Below, piece by piece: positions 31,552 to 41,312 of a stretch of 64,000 nt of DNA (positions are counted from its first letter, which is position 1; every line of letters begins with the position of its first letter). This DNA is from Candidatus Bathyarchaeota archaeon. Lineage in GTDB: Archaea > Thermoproteota > Bathyarchaeia > Bathyarchaeales > Bathycorpusculaceae. Made by a program: the position numbers and the translations under genes. The stretch lies in assembly GCA_963768425.1 (NCBI GenBank), contig CAVYHV010000006.1, forward strand, positions 256,129 through 320,128. The letters run 5' to 3'. The notes below the pieces were generated by a model. The model searched no databases. It saw only the letters and a program-made list of their open reading frames with translations, and was not told the origin of the DNA.

Positions 31552-32091
31552 TCATGAGGTTTGCCGTGGCATGTGGTTTCTTTTCATACTTAAAGCTCTG
31601 CTTGAAATTGACAACAAGAAGAATCCGAGAAAGGCGTATTCTACAAAGGTGAATGTTGCCTGTGACGGAAGAACCAGCGTTAGCACAACGCCAATGTACA
31701 GTGCACTGCCCATGTATCTGCCTATTGGGTCATGGAGTTTTTTGGCGTAAAGGCTTAAACCGACGAATTGGGCGAATGCCAAGGTAATTAGAAGCAACAG
31801 CCAAACAGAGTAGAAGTCTTTCAAGGTGAAAAACGCGAATATACACATGACAAAGACAAAATCGATGGCTGAATCAAAGTACGCGCCGAACCTTGTGGTC
31901 ACCTTCAGTTTGCGTGCCAAGAAACCATCCACAAGGTCCGTAAAAGACGCAGCCGCAAACACCACTAAGCAAAGGGCGATTTTTCCTGTATTATCGAGGT
32001 AGAAAAGGAGCGGCAGAACTGCAATTCGGATCGAGCTGACGACGGCTGGGACTAGGATTGATTTCTGCATTTGCTGCACTTTACGGAGCAA
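31552..32091 (-). CDS. CDP-alcohol phosphatidyltransferase
   Basis: DLVDGFLAR...FGAYFDSAID signature; multiple TM. Confidence 0.9.
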   Translation of the reverse strand: MLRKVQQMQKSILVPAVVSSIRIAVLPLLFYLDNTGKIALCLVVFAAASFTDLVDGFLARKLKVTTRFGAYFDSAIDFVFVMCIFAFFTLKDFYSVWLLLLITLAFAQFVGLSLYAKKLHDPIGRYMGSALYIGVVLTLVLPSQATFTFVEYAFLGFFLLSISSRALSMKRNHMPRQTS

Positions 32092-32176
32092 GGAACATTA
32101 AACTTTCTGCTCTCTTTGAAGATAAATGCTTGCATATCTAGTTAAAACAGTCAATCCCAAGGTTCGGAGTAAATGC

Positions 32177-33553
32177 CTAATGCATGATTTCAAACGCGCC
32201 ATCCGTTAACCGTTCAATTGGTTTCCCAAATATGCTGTAGCCCACTTTTCCAAGGTATTTTCGGCCATAAAACTGCACATGCGCCTTACCAATCGCAAAT
32301 TTCAGCTTCCTCTCACTAAAACCCGACGCGTAGAGCAGTTTGTGCCTAATCAAACTGTAGTTTTTCGGTTCTTCCCAATCGTCAATTGCAACGCCTTTGT
32401 CTTTAACCCGTTCGTAAAGCGGCGTTCCGGGAATAGGATATGGCAAGGTGAACGACAAATAATCAAGTGGCAAGCCCGCGGCAAAATGTACCGTTTCCAG
32501 AACTGTTTTGTTGCTTTCTCCTGGGTACCCGACGATGAAGAAAGCTCCGACTTTGAGCCCGACAGATTTTGCTGAATAAACAGCTCTTTTTGCCTGTGCT
32601 GTGGTGATGCATTTGTTCATCAAGCCTAAAACAGAATTGCTTCCCGACTCTATCCCGAAAAAAACCCGCAGGCAACCCGCACGCTTCATCCCTTCCGCAA
32701 CCTCAACATCCATCGTATCCACTCGCGACAGGCACTCCCAGCCGATGTCAACCCCGCGGCGGTTCAATTCATTGCAAACGTTTAGGAGGTGCGTGCGGTT
32801 GAGGGTAAAGCAATCGTCGGCAAACCAAACTCGGGAATACCCCAACGCCTTAATCTGCTCTACTTCGCCTACAATGCTGTCTACGCTGCGGCTTCTCATG
32901 TCAACGCCGAAAATGGGTCTGCTGCAGAAATCGCATGAAAATGGGCACCCGCGCGACGTAATCATAGACGATGTCGAGTATCCGAAACGATCAAGATAAT
33001 ACTTCTGATAAGCCTGGTTGTCAAACAGCTCTCTGGACGGATACGCTAAGCTATCGAGGTTGCGGATGAAGGGTCTAGGCTTTGTGTGCACGATGCGATC
33101 ATTGTCTTTGAAGACAATCCCTCTGACATTTGAAAGTGCTATCCCCTGAGAGACGCAGTTGGCAAGCTCAACCATGGTTTCCTCGCCCTCGCCAACTGCA
33201 ACCACGTCAAACGGATTTAGGAAACTTTCAGGCGACCAGGATGGCATTGGACCCCCGACCACAAGCAAGCCGCAGTCACCTCCGGATCGCGCTTTGATCG
33301 TTTCTGCCATCTCAAACGTCGTTTTCTTCATCGAAAACATCGAGTAAAAACCAACAATCTGCGCTCGGGCCCGTACCACTTGCTCGACCGCTTTTGAAAA
33401 CTGCATGAATGTGCAGTCCACCAATTCAACCTCAAAACCGTGTGCTTTCAAGGCGGCAGCTAAGTAGCCTAAGCCCAGCGGCGGGAAACGGAAAATCGAG
33501 TTGTCTTTGGACGGGTGAAAATACGGATAAACCAAAGCCACTTTAACTGTCAT
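32177..33553 (-). CDS. B12-binding domain radical SAM protein (class B methylase-like)
   Basis: PPLGLGYLAA, VGGP, GEGE, SRGCPFSCDFC, FGIESGS, PIPGTPLY. Confidence 0.92.
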   Translation of the reverse strand: MTVKVALVYPYFHPSKDNSIFRFPPLGLGYLAAALKAHGFEVELVDCTFMQFSKAVEQVVRARAQIVGFYSMFSMKKTTFEMAETIKARSGGDCGLLVVGGPMPSWSPESFLNPFDVVAVGEGEETMVELANCVSQGIALSNVRGIVFKDNDRIVHTKPRPFIRNLDSLAYPSRELFDNQAYQKYYLDRFGYSTSSMITSRGCPFSCDFCSRPIFGVDMRSRSVDSIVGEVEQIKALGYSRVWFADDCFTLNRTHLLNVCNELNRRGVDIGWECLSRVDTMDVEVAEGMKRAGCLRVFFGIESGSNSVLGLMNKCITTAQAKRAVYSAKSVGLKVGAFFIVGYPGESNKTVLETVHFAAGLPLDYLSFTLPYPIPGTPLYERVKDKGVAIDDWEEPKNYSLIRHKLLYASGFSERKLKFAIGKAHVQFYGRKYLGKVGYSIFGKPIERLTDGAFEIMH

Positions 33554-33758
33554 GGAAGTTTTTGACCACCAAAAGTTGCGTTCTCAAAAAATGAATCCTC
33601 AAAATCTTCATTAAAAATAAAGCAAGTAACCCTTTAAAAACCTTCCACACGTGCACACTTCTGCTATTCTTCGCACGGAAAATTCGTTCATACACCCGCT
33701 CGATTTGCCGTTGGCAAAACTTAATTATCACCGCCTTCTAGGTCAATTGGTTGGTTCG

Positions 33759-34406
33759 ATGGCTAAACTAATCGACTTAGGCTTTCGAAAGGGTGCAATC
33801 GCAGAAACCATAGTCTCCACCTACAACGAGGACGGTTCACCGAACGCTGCCCCTATGGGAGCCACATTCAAAGGCGGCCAGCATCTGATCGTTGATTTCT
33901 ACAATTCATCCACAACCCTTGCCAATATCAAAGCACGCTTGTGCGCTGTCGTTAATTTGACAGGGAACATCGAGATTTATTACAGATCCGCTTTCAAGGA
34001 GGCAAACCCAAACGGGTTGCTTCCAAAGGATTGGTTCATGAAGGCAGAGTCTGTTAACGCGCCCAAACTGGGGTTGGCCGAGGCAACAGTTGAGCTTTCT
34101 GTCACGGGTTTGGCATATGTCACCTCGGAAAAAACACGTGCGATTTTTGCCGTTGAACGTTTGCAGGCACGGAAGGTGTACCCGCAGGTTTACTGCCGCG
34201 CGTTCGGATTGACGCTTGAAGCCATCGTTCATGCCACACGCGTAAAAGTGTTGGCAGGCGACCCAAAAGAACGTACAAATGTCGTCGAGCTCTTGGGGAA
34301 GATTCGGGATTGCAGCGTTTTGGTTGATCGGGTTGCGCCGAACTCAACGTACTTTGTCGTTATGGCTGATTTGATGAAAAAAGTCCATAAGTGGAGTCAA
34401 AAATGA
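33759..34406 (+). CDS. DUF447 family protein (split-barrel, FMN-binding-like)
   Basis: ETIVSTYNEDGSPNAAPMG, LEAIVHATR; start moved to ATG 33759. Confidence 0.82.
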   Translation: MAKLIDLGFRKGAIAETIVSTYNEDGSPNAAPMGATFKGGQHLIVDFYNSSTTLANIKARLCAVVNLTGNIEIYYRSAFKEANPNGLLPKDWFMKAESVNAPKLGLAEATVELSVTGLAYVTSEKTRAIFAVERLQARKVYPQVYCRAFGLTLEAIVHATRVKVLAGDPKERTNVVELLGKIRDCSVLVDRVAPNSTYFVVMADLMKKVHKWSQK

Positions 34407-35959
34407 AGGTACTTCTCGTGACTAATATGATGGAGAAAGAGACCGTTGAACGCTACGCCAAAGAAAGCAACATAGAAACCGATGTGCTGGCATTAAACGT
34501 TGCAGTCGCCGCCTTCTTGACGCCTAAAACCATCATTGAAGCCCTAAAAAAAACCAACCACAAAGACTACGATTTAATCCTTACGCCAGGCTTGATTTGC
34601 GGCGACACCGCAGCCATCTCGAAAGCTGTCGGTATCCCAACGTTTAAGGGTCCACGGTTCGATGCTGACCTGCCGCTCGTGCTTGATTCGCTAGGACAAA
34701 CTAAACTTTCAACGACTGTGCCAGCTTGCAACCTGTTGAGGGAAAAGCTTCAGGAAAAAGCACTGCAAGAAATAGAGAAGACCGAGCAGAACCGCGGGGA
34801 ATTACTTAAAACGCCTGGCAGCATGCTGATTGGCGATTTGGCTGTGGGTAAAGTTTTTCCGATGCGTGTTCTTGCCGAAATCGTGGATGCCCCCTTCATG
34901 GATGAAGACGCTATTGAGCAGTTGGCAAAACAGTACGTAAAGGCGGGCGCAAATATCGTTGACGTAGGCATGGTTGCAGGAGAATCCCATCCTGCAGACG
35001 CGAATCGAATCGTGGCTCTCCTCAAACGGGCGGTCAATGTGCCTGTAAGCATTGACTCTCTTGATCCAGCAGAAATCCGAGAGGCTGTCCACGCCGGTGC
35101 AAACTTGGTTTTAAGCGGGGATGCAGGCAACATTGAAGCCATAGCGCCTTATGTTTCGAAGGTAGCTGTAGTTGTTATTCCAACAAATCAAAGACAAGGG
35201 TTCTTTCCCAAAAAAGCCGAGGAACGCGTAGCCTTTCTTGAACAAATCATAGCCAAAGCGAAACAACTCGGTATATCAAAAAGCATCGCTGACCTAATCC
35301 TTGACCCAACCGACGTTTTGGAGTCATTCACCGCTTTTCGCCTCTTCACACGAAGAAACCCCAATGTGCCACTGTTCATTGGCGTTTCAAATGTTACCGA
35401 ACTAATGGATGCAGATTCAGTCGGTATCAACGCCTTGTTGGCGCGTATGTCTTCGGAGGTAGGGGCAAGCATTCTTCTGGCAACTGAGAAAAGCGACAAG
35501 ACTAAGGGCAGTGTAGGTGAGGAAGCCACGGCGGCTAAAATGATGTTTCTTGCAAACAAACGCGGCTCCGTCCCAAAAGACCTCGGCGTCGATCTACTTG
35601 TACTCAAGGACAAGAAAAATAGGGAACGTTACCACAATATAATCGAGCATAAAGCACCTATCATCTGCGCTGAAAAGCGATGTGCTGGTGAGTTGGATCC
35701 TTCTGGAGCCTTCAGAATCCTTCTTGATCGCGTCGGCGGAAATATAGTGGCGGTCCATTATTTGAGCCAAAAGGTGGATAAACCCGACAAAATTATCAAA
35801 GGCACAACTGCGGACGTCATATACACAGAAATCGCCTGCTCGGGTTTGGCGTCGCAGCCTCTCCATTTGGCTTATCTTGGCAGTGAGCTGGCTAAGGCGG
35901 AAATCGCCCTGAGAAGCGGGAAAGAGTACATTCAGGATGCGACAATGTTCAAAAGATAA
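34403..35959 (+). CDS. Dihydropteroate synthase-like protein with C-terminal DUF4346-like domain
   Basis: AEIVDAP, GANIVDVG, VSIDS, ADLILDP, DADSVGIN, PKDLG, HLAYLGSELAKAE; ATGA-coupled to DUF447. Confidence 0.85.
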   Translation: MKVLLVTNMMEKETVERYAKESNIETDVLALNVAVAAFLTPKTIIEALKKTNHKDYDLILTPGLICGDTAAISKAVGIPTFKGPRFDADLPLVLDSLGQTKLSTTVPACNLLREKLQEKALQEIEKTEQNRGELLKTPGSMLIGDLAVGKVFPMRVLAEIVDAPFMDEDAIEQLAKQYVKAGANIVDVGMVAGESHPADANRIVALLKRAVNVPVSIDSLDPAEIREAVHAGANLVLSGDAGNIEAIAPYVSKVAVVVIPTNQRQGFFPKKAEERVAFLEQIIAKAKQLGISKSIADLILDPTDVLESFTAFRLFTRRNPNVPLFIGVSNVTELMDADSVGINALLARMSSEVGASILLATEKSDKTKGSVGEEATAAKMMFLANKRGSVPKDLGVDLLVLKDKKNRERYHNIIEHKAPIICAEKRCAGELDPSGAFRILLDRVGGNIVAVHYLSQKVDKPDKIIKGTTADVIYTEIACSGLASQPLHLAYLGSELAKAEIALRSGKEYIQDATMFKR

Positions 35960-36077
35960 AAATTGAAGAGAAGTTGAGCTAAACGCGGACGTGTTCTCCC
36001 ATCCCTCAAGTCAACCTCGAAAAGAAGCTTTATCTCTTAACGTGTGCAAACTAGTTTTAGGAAAGGAGACATAGAAT

Positions 36078-37001
36078 TTGGAAAGCAATCCGTTACGAGT
36101 AAGCATCGTTGGCTTGGAGTTGCCCAACCCAACGATTCTTGCGTCAGGCGTTTTGGGTTTTACAGTTGAATCCTTCAACCGCGTCGCAAAAAGCAGCGCA
36201 GGCGCAGTCGTATCAAAATCAATCGGCATAGAACCCCGAGTTGGATACCCGAACCCAACGGTGGTTCAGGCTGATTCAGGGTTGATAAACGCAATGGGTT
36301 TGCCCAACCCAGGCATCGACGAATACGCTGGAGAAATAAAATACGCAAAAACTGTGCTCCGGATTCCCCTTATAGTCAGCATTTTCGGTTACACGGCAGA
36401 GGAATATGCAGCAGTCGCGGAGAAAGCTATCAAAGCAGGTGCGGATGCCGTGGAACTTAACGTTTCCTGCCCCCACGTGCGATTTACAGGCTCAGAAATT
36501 GGTCAAAACCCCAAGATTCTCTCGCAGGTTATTGAAAAAGTCAAGGCAACAATCAATAAACCTGTTATCGTCAAACTTACGCCAAACGTTGCAGACGTCG
36601 CACTTACAGGAAAGGCAGCGGTTGAAGCAGGCGCTGACGTACTAACAGCGGTAAATACACTCAAGGCAATCGCGATTGACTCAGACACAACGCGCCCAAT
36701 ATTAAGCCACATCAAAGGCGGCTTGTCCGGCGCAGCACTCAAACCCATTGCGCTCAGATGCGTTTACGACATTCGCGAAGAACTTCCGGACGTGCCTATA
36801 ATCGGCTGCGGTGGCATATCGGACTGGCGCGACGCCGTCGAGTTTATGCTGGCTGGCGCTTCAGCTGTGCAGGTGGGAACCGCCGTCGCTTGGGAGGGCA
36901 CGGATATTTTCCAAAACATAACTAAAGGCTTAGAAATCTATCTGAGAAAGAAACATCTTGGAAGTGTGAAAGAAATTGTCAATCTCGCTCATCGCAGCTA
37001 A
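36078..37001 (+). CDS. pyrD: Dihydroorotate dehydrogenase B, catalytic subunit
   Basis: NAMGLPNPG, ELNVSCPH, KLTPN, GGLSG, GCGGI. Confidence 0.95.
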   Translation: MESNPLRVSIVGLELPNPTILASGVLGFTVESFNRVAKSSAGAVVSKSIGIEPRVGYPNPTVVQADSGLINAMGLPNPGIDEYAGEIKYAKTVLRIPLIVSIFGYTAEEYAAVAEKAIKAGADAVELNVSCPHVRFTGSEIGQNPKILSQVIEKVKATINKPVIVKLTPNVADVALTGKAAVEAGADVLTAVNTLKAIAIDSDTTRPILSHIKGGLSGAALKPIALRCVYDIREELPDVPIIGCGGISDWRDAVEFMLAGASAVQVGTAVAWEGTDIFQNITKGLEIYLRKKHLGSVKEIVNLAHRS

Positions 37002-37794
37002 TACATTGAGAACCACGGAAATCGTGCGGGTTCAAACGGAAAGCCCGAGTGTAAAAACCTACATAATCTTGGACAAGCTATGCTCAAAGGCCAAGCCCGG
37101 GCAATTCTTGATGCTTTGGCTTCCAGGCATAGATGAAATCCCTCTGAGTGTGATGGATATAGGGAAAGATTTGGTTTCGGTCTCGGTGAAGGTGGTCGGC
37201 GATGCAACTCGGCATCTTCATAAGTTGGAAGCAGGCGCAACCGTCGGCGTTAGAGGACCTTTTGGGAACAGCTTCACTGAAAGCCGAGGTAGAGTCCTTT
37301 TGGTCGGCGGAGGCACAGGAACGGCACCTCTTCTGTTTCTAGCAAAACAGCTTGTCACAAAAACTGAAAGGCTTTCTTTTGTGGAGGGCGCAAAAACCAA
37401 AGACGAACTGCTATTCGTTCGAGAGCTGGGTAACGTGTGCAACGAGAAAAGCCTGATTACTACAACAGAAGACGGTACATACGGTTTACAATGCATGGTA
37501 ACTGAACCGTTAGCCAAGCTGTTGGATCGCGAAAAATTCAACATGATTTACACCTGCGGACCCGAAGTCATGGTGAAAAAGATTTTTGACCTAACAGAAC
37601 AACGAAAACTGCCACTTGAAGCAAGTTTGGAACGGCTGATGCGTTGCGGCATTGGGTTGTGCGGAAGCTGCATGATTGGCAAGTACCGCGTCTGCAGGGA
37701 CGGCCCAGTGTTCACGGCAGCTCAGCTACGGGAAGTCAGAGACGAGCTGGGAGTGTCAAAGCTGGGCTTTGACGGTGCAAGAATACCTTTCTAA
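36976..37794 (+). CDS. pyrK: Dihydroorotate dehydrogenase electron transfer subunit
   Basis: GQFLMLW, RGPFG, GGGTG, CGP, MRCGIGLCGSC...VCRDGPVF. Confidence 0.95.
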   Translation: MSISLIAANTLRTTEIVRVQTESPSVKTYIILDKLCSKAKPGQFLMLWLPGIDEIPLSVMDIGKDLVSVSVKVVGDATRHLHKLEAGATVGVRGPFGNSFTESRGRVLLVGGGTGTAPLLFLAKQLVTKTERLSFVEGAKTKDELLFVRELGNVCNEKSLITTTEDGTYGLQCMVTEPLAKLLDREKFNMIYTCGPEVMVKKIFDLTEQRKLPLEASLERLMRCGIGLCGSCMIGKYRVCRDGPVFTAAQLREVRDELGVSKLGFDGARIPF

Positions 37795-37804
37795 GAGAGA
37801 ACAA

Positions 37805-38092
37805 ATGTCTCTAAGTAAGCCGGAACTAGAACAAATCCTGGTCAAAACCATCTCTTTTTACAACAGGCTCAGAAGTCCTGAAATAACAGCTAAGCTGGTT
37901 TCCGTGACGCCTGTAAACGTCACGGTTTCTTTTTCCGGCGGTTTCTGCTATGGCTGCGGTATAATGGATTACGTTGATGAGTTCGCCCAACAATTCAAAA
38001 CATTAAGCGGCAACGCAGAGTTGAAGATTGGCAAAAACCGGCAAATAACCTCACGAACCTTCGAAGCAGACTACACCGTCAAAATCAAATAA
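37805..38092 (+). CDS. Small CxxC protein (NifU C-terminal-like pattern)
   Basis: VTVSFSGGFCYGCG; start ATG 37805, 10 nt after pyrK stop. Confidence 0.7.
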   Translation: MSLSKPELEQILVKTISFYNRLRSPEITAKLVSVTPVNVTVSFSGGFCYGCGIMDYVDEFAQQFKTLSGNAELKIGKNRQITSRTFEADYTVKIK

Positions 38093-38157
38093 GAAACATA
38101 TTTCTTTTCTGTAGGTTTTGTTTTCAAACCAAAACACACATAGGCAAAACTATACAT

Positions 38158-38655
38158 TTGGGTCGTGTAATGGGAAAAAAGCGCATGTCAGATTTAGCAA
38201 ATAGCTGTGATTACTTTACAATGGACAAATTATGTTTGGCTGTTTCTGAGAGCGCGAAAGCGAAGGCAAATCGGCATGTCCAATGCCAAAACGATGAGAA
38301 AACAGCTTGTTGCTATGTTTGCTCATTTAGACCGCAATGTGAAATAAAATGTAGGTTCCTAGGAAAGATTGAAGGAGAATTCCAGCGAATGGACGCTGAA
38401 AAAAGCGAAGCTGAGAAAACAGCTAACAATAGTAAAAAAACTGAATTGGACCAAACCAAAAATGGCTCCCTTATTTGTTGCTCCATGTGCAACGTCAAGA
38501 TGTCCCAAACTAGAACCAAGTTTAAGATTGAAGGTTGGGAAGATTCACATATAAAACTGGTTGATGATGACTCGGGAAAGCCCATAGAGGAATTACTGCC
38601 AGTAACAGTTTACTTGTGTCCAAGATGCGGCAGAATCGAATTCAGGGCAAGATAG
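38158..38655 (+). CDS. Cys-rich protein with C-terminal Zn ribbon (start uncertain: 38158, 38170 or 38185)
   Basis: N-terminal Cys cluster (CCYVC..C...C); CSMC...CPRCGRIEF. Confidence 0.7.
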   Translation: MGRVMGKKRMSDLANSCDYFTMDKLCLAVSESAKAKANRHVQCQNDEKTACCYVCSFRPQCEIKCRFLGKIEGEFQRMDAEKSEAEKTANNSKKTELDQTKNGSLICCSMCNVKMSQTRTKFKIEGWEDSHIKLVDDDSGKPIEELLPVTVYLCPRCGRIEFRAR

Positions 38656-38718
38656 AAATAGTTGCGATTTGGTTTTTCAAAGAAAGAAAAAAGTTGACTG
38701 AGCTAGCCAAAAAGAGGT

Positions 38719-39900
38719 TTAGTTTTCTCCTTGTGGCAGCCCGATCTTGCGAAGGTAATCCCGGGCGTATCGAGGATTGTAGGCAAGCAGTTCTTTGCTT
38801 CTGAGCAGCCGGCGATCCAAGCGATCTAAAGCAACGCGGAATGTAGGTTCAATTCCCCAGCCTTCGGATGCACTGTAGAATGTCCCCCTTACGGTTCTGA
38901 ATTGAAGACGGCAATGGATCATGGGCGTGCCCCTCAGGTTAGTGTTGCCGTGGCTTTTCATATAGACAAATAGTGTGCCCAGCTGGAAAGCTTCTTGGTA
39001 TTTGTGCGTGAACGAGTCGAATTCATCCATCATAAAGGCTTGCTGCTCAGGCGTAACGTCGACTTCTTTGACGCCGAACTGCACTGACAGCTTGCGCACT
39101 GCGGTTTCAAGCTGGCTGATGGGCTCAAGAAAATCAAGTTTCGTAACAACCCCAACCAAACGCTCGTTCGACGTTACTGCTAAACAGGAGACGTCGTGGT
39201 CATGCATCATTTTCTCCGCGTCCATCAAGCTCGTCTGCGGCTCAACCGCGACCACTGGTCTTCTCATTATGCCTTTAGCTGGAACGCTCAGCGTTTCAAT
39301 CTTTTCGCCGACGATGTCCCCGGTGGTTTGGCGTCTCTGAGGCCAATAAATGTTCTCCAAAATATCTTGGATACTGACCATACCTACAAGTTTCCCTGAG
39401 TCCATGATTGGTACATGCGAAACACCGAACTCCCTCATCAGGCTAAGCACTGCACCTACTGAACGGTTTGCTTCAAGAGTGTGAGGCGCTCGAGTCATGA
39501 TGGTTTCTATTTTGGTGCTTCCCCATTCCTGCTTCACCGATGAATGAATTATGTTTTCGTCGGTAATGAAGCCTAAAAGCTTGTTTTTTTCAAGAACAGG
39601 AAGTTGCCTTAACCCGCTTTCAATCATCAACTTTGCCGTTTTGCTCAAGGAAAAGTCAAGGTTCACTGGCGGAGCGTTCTTCATCAACGTTTTAACTTTG
39701 GTTGCGTTGAGGTCAAGTCTTGACCTTAAAACCGCTCGACGGGTAATCATGCCTTCGTACTTTCCTTTTTCGTTCAAAACAGCTAATACAGGAAGCATTC
39801 CTTTTTCGAAGGCTTCTAAGCAACGGGAAAGCGTATCGTTTTCCTGAACGCTTCGAAAGTCTTTTGAATAAACATCTTGGGCGGAAATTGCGCTTGCCAT
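38719..39900 (-). CDS. Tandem CBS-domain protein with C-terminal HPF/RaiA-like domain (candidate ribosome hibernation factor)
   Basis: Four CBS repeats (LAVLNEKGKYEGMIT, LPVLEKNKLLGFIT, VPIMDSGKLVGMVS, LAVTSNERLVGVVT); C-terminal beta-alpha-beta-beta-beta-alpha ending ALDRLDRRLLRSKE. Confidence 0.82.
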   Translation of the reverse strand: MASAISAQDVYSKDFRSVQENDTLSRCLEAFEKGMLPVLAVLNEKGKYEGMITRRAVLRSRLDLNATKVKTLMKNAPPVNLDFSLSKTAKLMIESGLRQLPVLEKNKLLGFITDENIIHSSVKQEWGSTKIETIMTRAPHTLEANRSVGAVLSLMREFGVSHVPIMDSGKLVGMVSIQDILENIYWPQRRQTTGDIVGEKIETLSVPAKGIMRRPVVAVEPQTSLMDAEKMMHDHDVSCLAVTSNERLVGVVTKLDFLEPISQLETAVRKLSVQFGVKEVDVTPEQQAFMMDEFDSFTHKYQEAFQLGTLFVYMKSHGNTNLRGTPMIHCRLQFRTVRGTFYSASEGWGIEPTFRVALDRLDRRLLRSKELLAYNPRYARDYLRKIGLPQGEN

Positions 39901-40373
39901 AATAATCCCTTTGACTTAATAGCGAGAGTTGAATTTAAACATTGCAAACAAACTATGAGCGTAAGAAAGCAAGGAATAACACTTATTGAAATTGAAAACC
40001 TTATTTATTGCTGGCTTGCGAATTGACATCAAACGCAACCCAAACTGTAATTTATGAAGTTCTTCAAACGGGCTCCTCGCGAGATTACTTTTTTCCGTCC
40101 TGAACATAAGTATGGCTATGAATACAAACGCAAAAACCAAAAACCACTTTATGTAAAGACGACGCCTTTCTTTTGGTCACTCTGCTTCCTTGCCTCCTTT
40201 TATGATTATTCTTTTATCTTTAAAGCAGGTTCTATTTTGTTCTTTTCACCGTAGAAAAGGCGGGTTTGTTCAAGCAATATTTATATCAAAAGCGCCGCAA
40301 TCCCTTCCAATAATAGTGATGAGCACCTGCGCACAGTTTGTTCGGTGCGAATGGCGCTGTTGGTGGCAAAAAT

Positions 40374-41312
40374 ATGCCGTTTAAAACCGTAAAAAAGGAT
40401 GCGGCAGATACCCTGACAATCGAGTGGGGTTTACAAGTTAAAAATTACAAGTTAACCCTTGACAAGAAACGTTGCGTTTCATGCCAAATATGCACTTTAG
40501 CTTGCCCAAAAGAGGCGGTAACCACGCAAAAGCAGCCTAAAGCAGCAGGTGAGAAGGCGAAGAAGGCCAAGGTTGACATCGACTTGGCAAAATGTAATTT
40601 CTGCGGAATCTGTGACGTCACCTGCCCATACGGGGCAATCAGAGTTACTCTCAATGGCAATCATGACCTGTCCATTTTGGATAAAGACAGTTTCCCTCAG
40701 CTGGTTAGGGACATTAAAGTGGATACAGCCCAATGCCCCAAGGATTGCACTGAATGCGAAACAACCTGTCCATTCGGGTTGATAACGGTTTCCAAAGTTG
40801 GCTTTGACGGCAAACCAGTGCAAGATATGGCGGCTTTATCTCCAAGCTTCAAAAAACGTGTTCAAGTGAACCTTGACATCCAGAAAGAGTACTGTCCAAC
40901 TTGCAGAGTATGCGAGTTCAAATGCGCTCCGGGCGTGATAAAAGTCAAGAAAGCCTTCGACGGACTCATCGCAATCGCTCAGGAGAAATGCCCTGAAGGA
41001 TGCACAGACTGCTTAGACGTCTGCCCCATCCCAGGCGCCCTGACACTTGGGGAAGATAAGAAAGTTCATGTTAACGATTCACTCTGCACTTACTGCGGCG
41101 CATGCAAAAACGTTTGCCCCGCCCCCGAAGCCCTAACGGTTAAACGTACGACAGTACACCACACGCCCATCCGCTCCGGCGCATGGAACAAAGCGTTAGA
41201 AAGAATTACTTCGACAGCCGACGCTGCCAAAGAGTTTCGGGCGGTTGCAGGCGAAAGCAGGCGCAATGCCGTCAGCAAAAGATTCCCAGTAAAAGGGGAG
41301 ACACAGTTATGA
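40374..41312 (+). CDS. Polyferredoxin (FwdF-like multi-[4Fe-4S] protein)
   Basis: Six CxxCxxCxxxCP-type motifs; start ATG 40374. Confidence 0.88.
   Translation: MPFKTVKKDAADTLTIEWGLQVKNYKLTLDKKRCVSCQICTLACPKEAVTTQKQPKAAGEKAKKAKVDIDLAKCNFCGICDVTCPYGAIRVTLNGNHDLSILDKDSFPQLVRDIKVDTAQCPKDCTECETTCPFGLITVSKVGFDGKPVQDMAALSPSFKKRVQVNLDIQKEYCPTCRVCEFKCAPGVIKVKKAFDGLIAIAQEKCPEGCTDCLDVCPIPGALTLGEDKKVHVNDSLCTYCGACKNVCPAPEALTVKRTTVHHTPIRSGAWNKALERITSTADAAKEFRAVAGESRRNAVSKRFPVKGETQL

Noticed and set aside
41183-41308. N-terminal extension of HdrA given in the ORF track
   Set aside because: Overlaps the polyferredoxin gene; ATG 41309 with ATGA coupling is the better start
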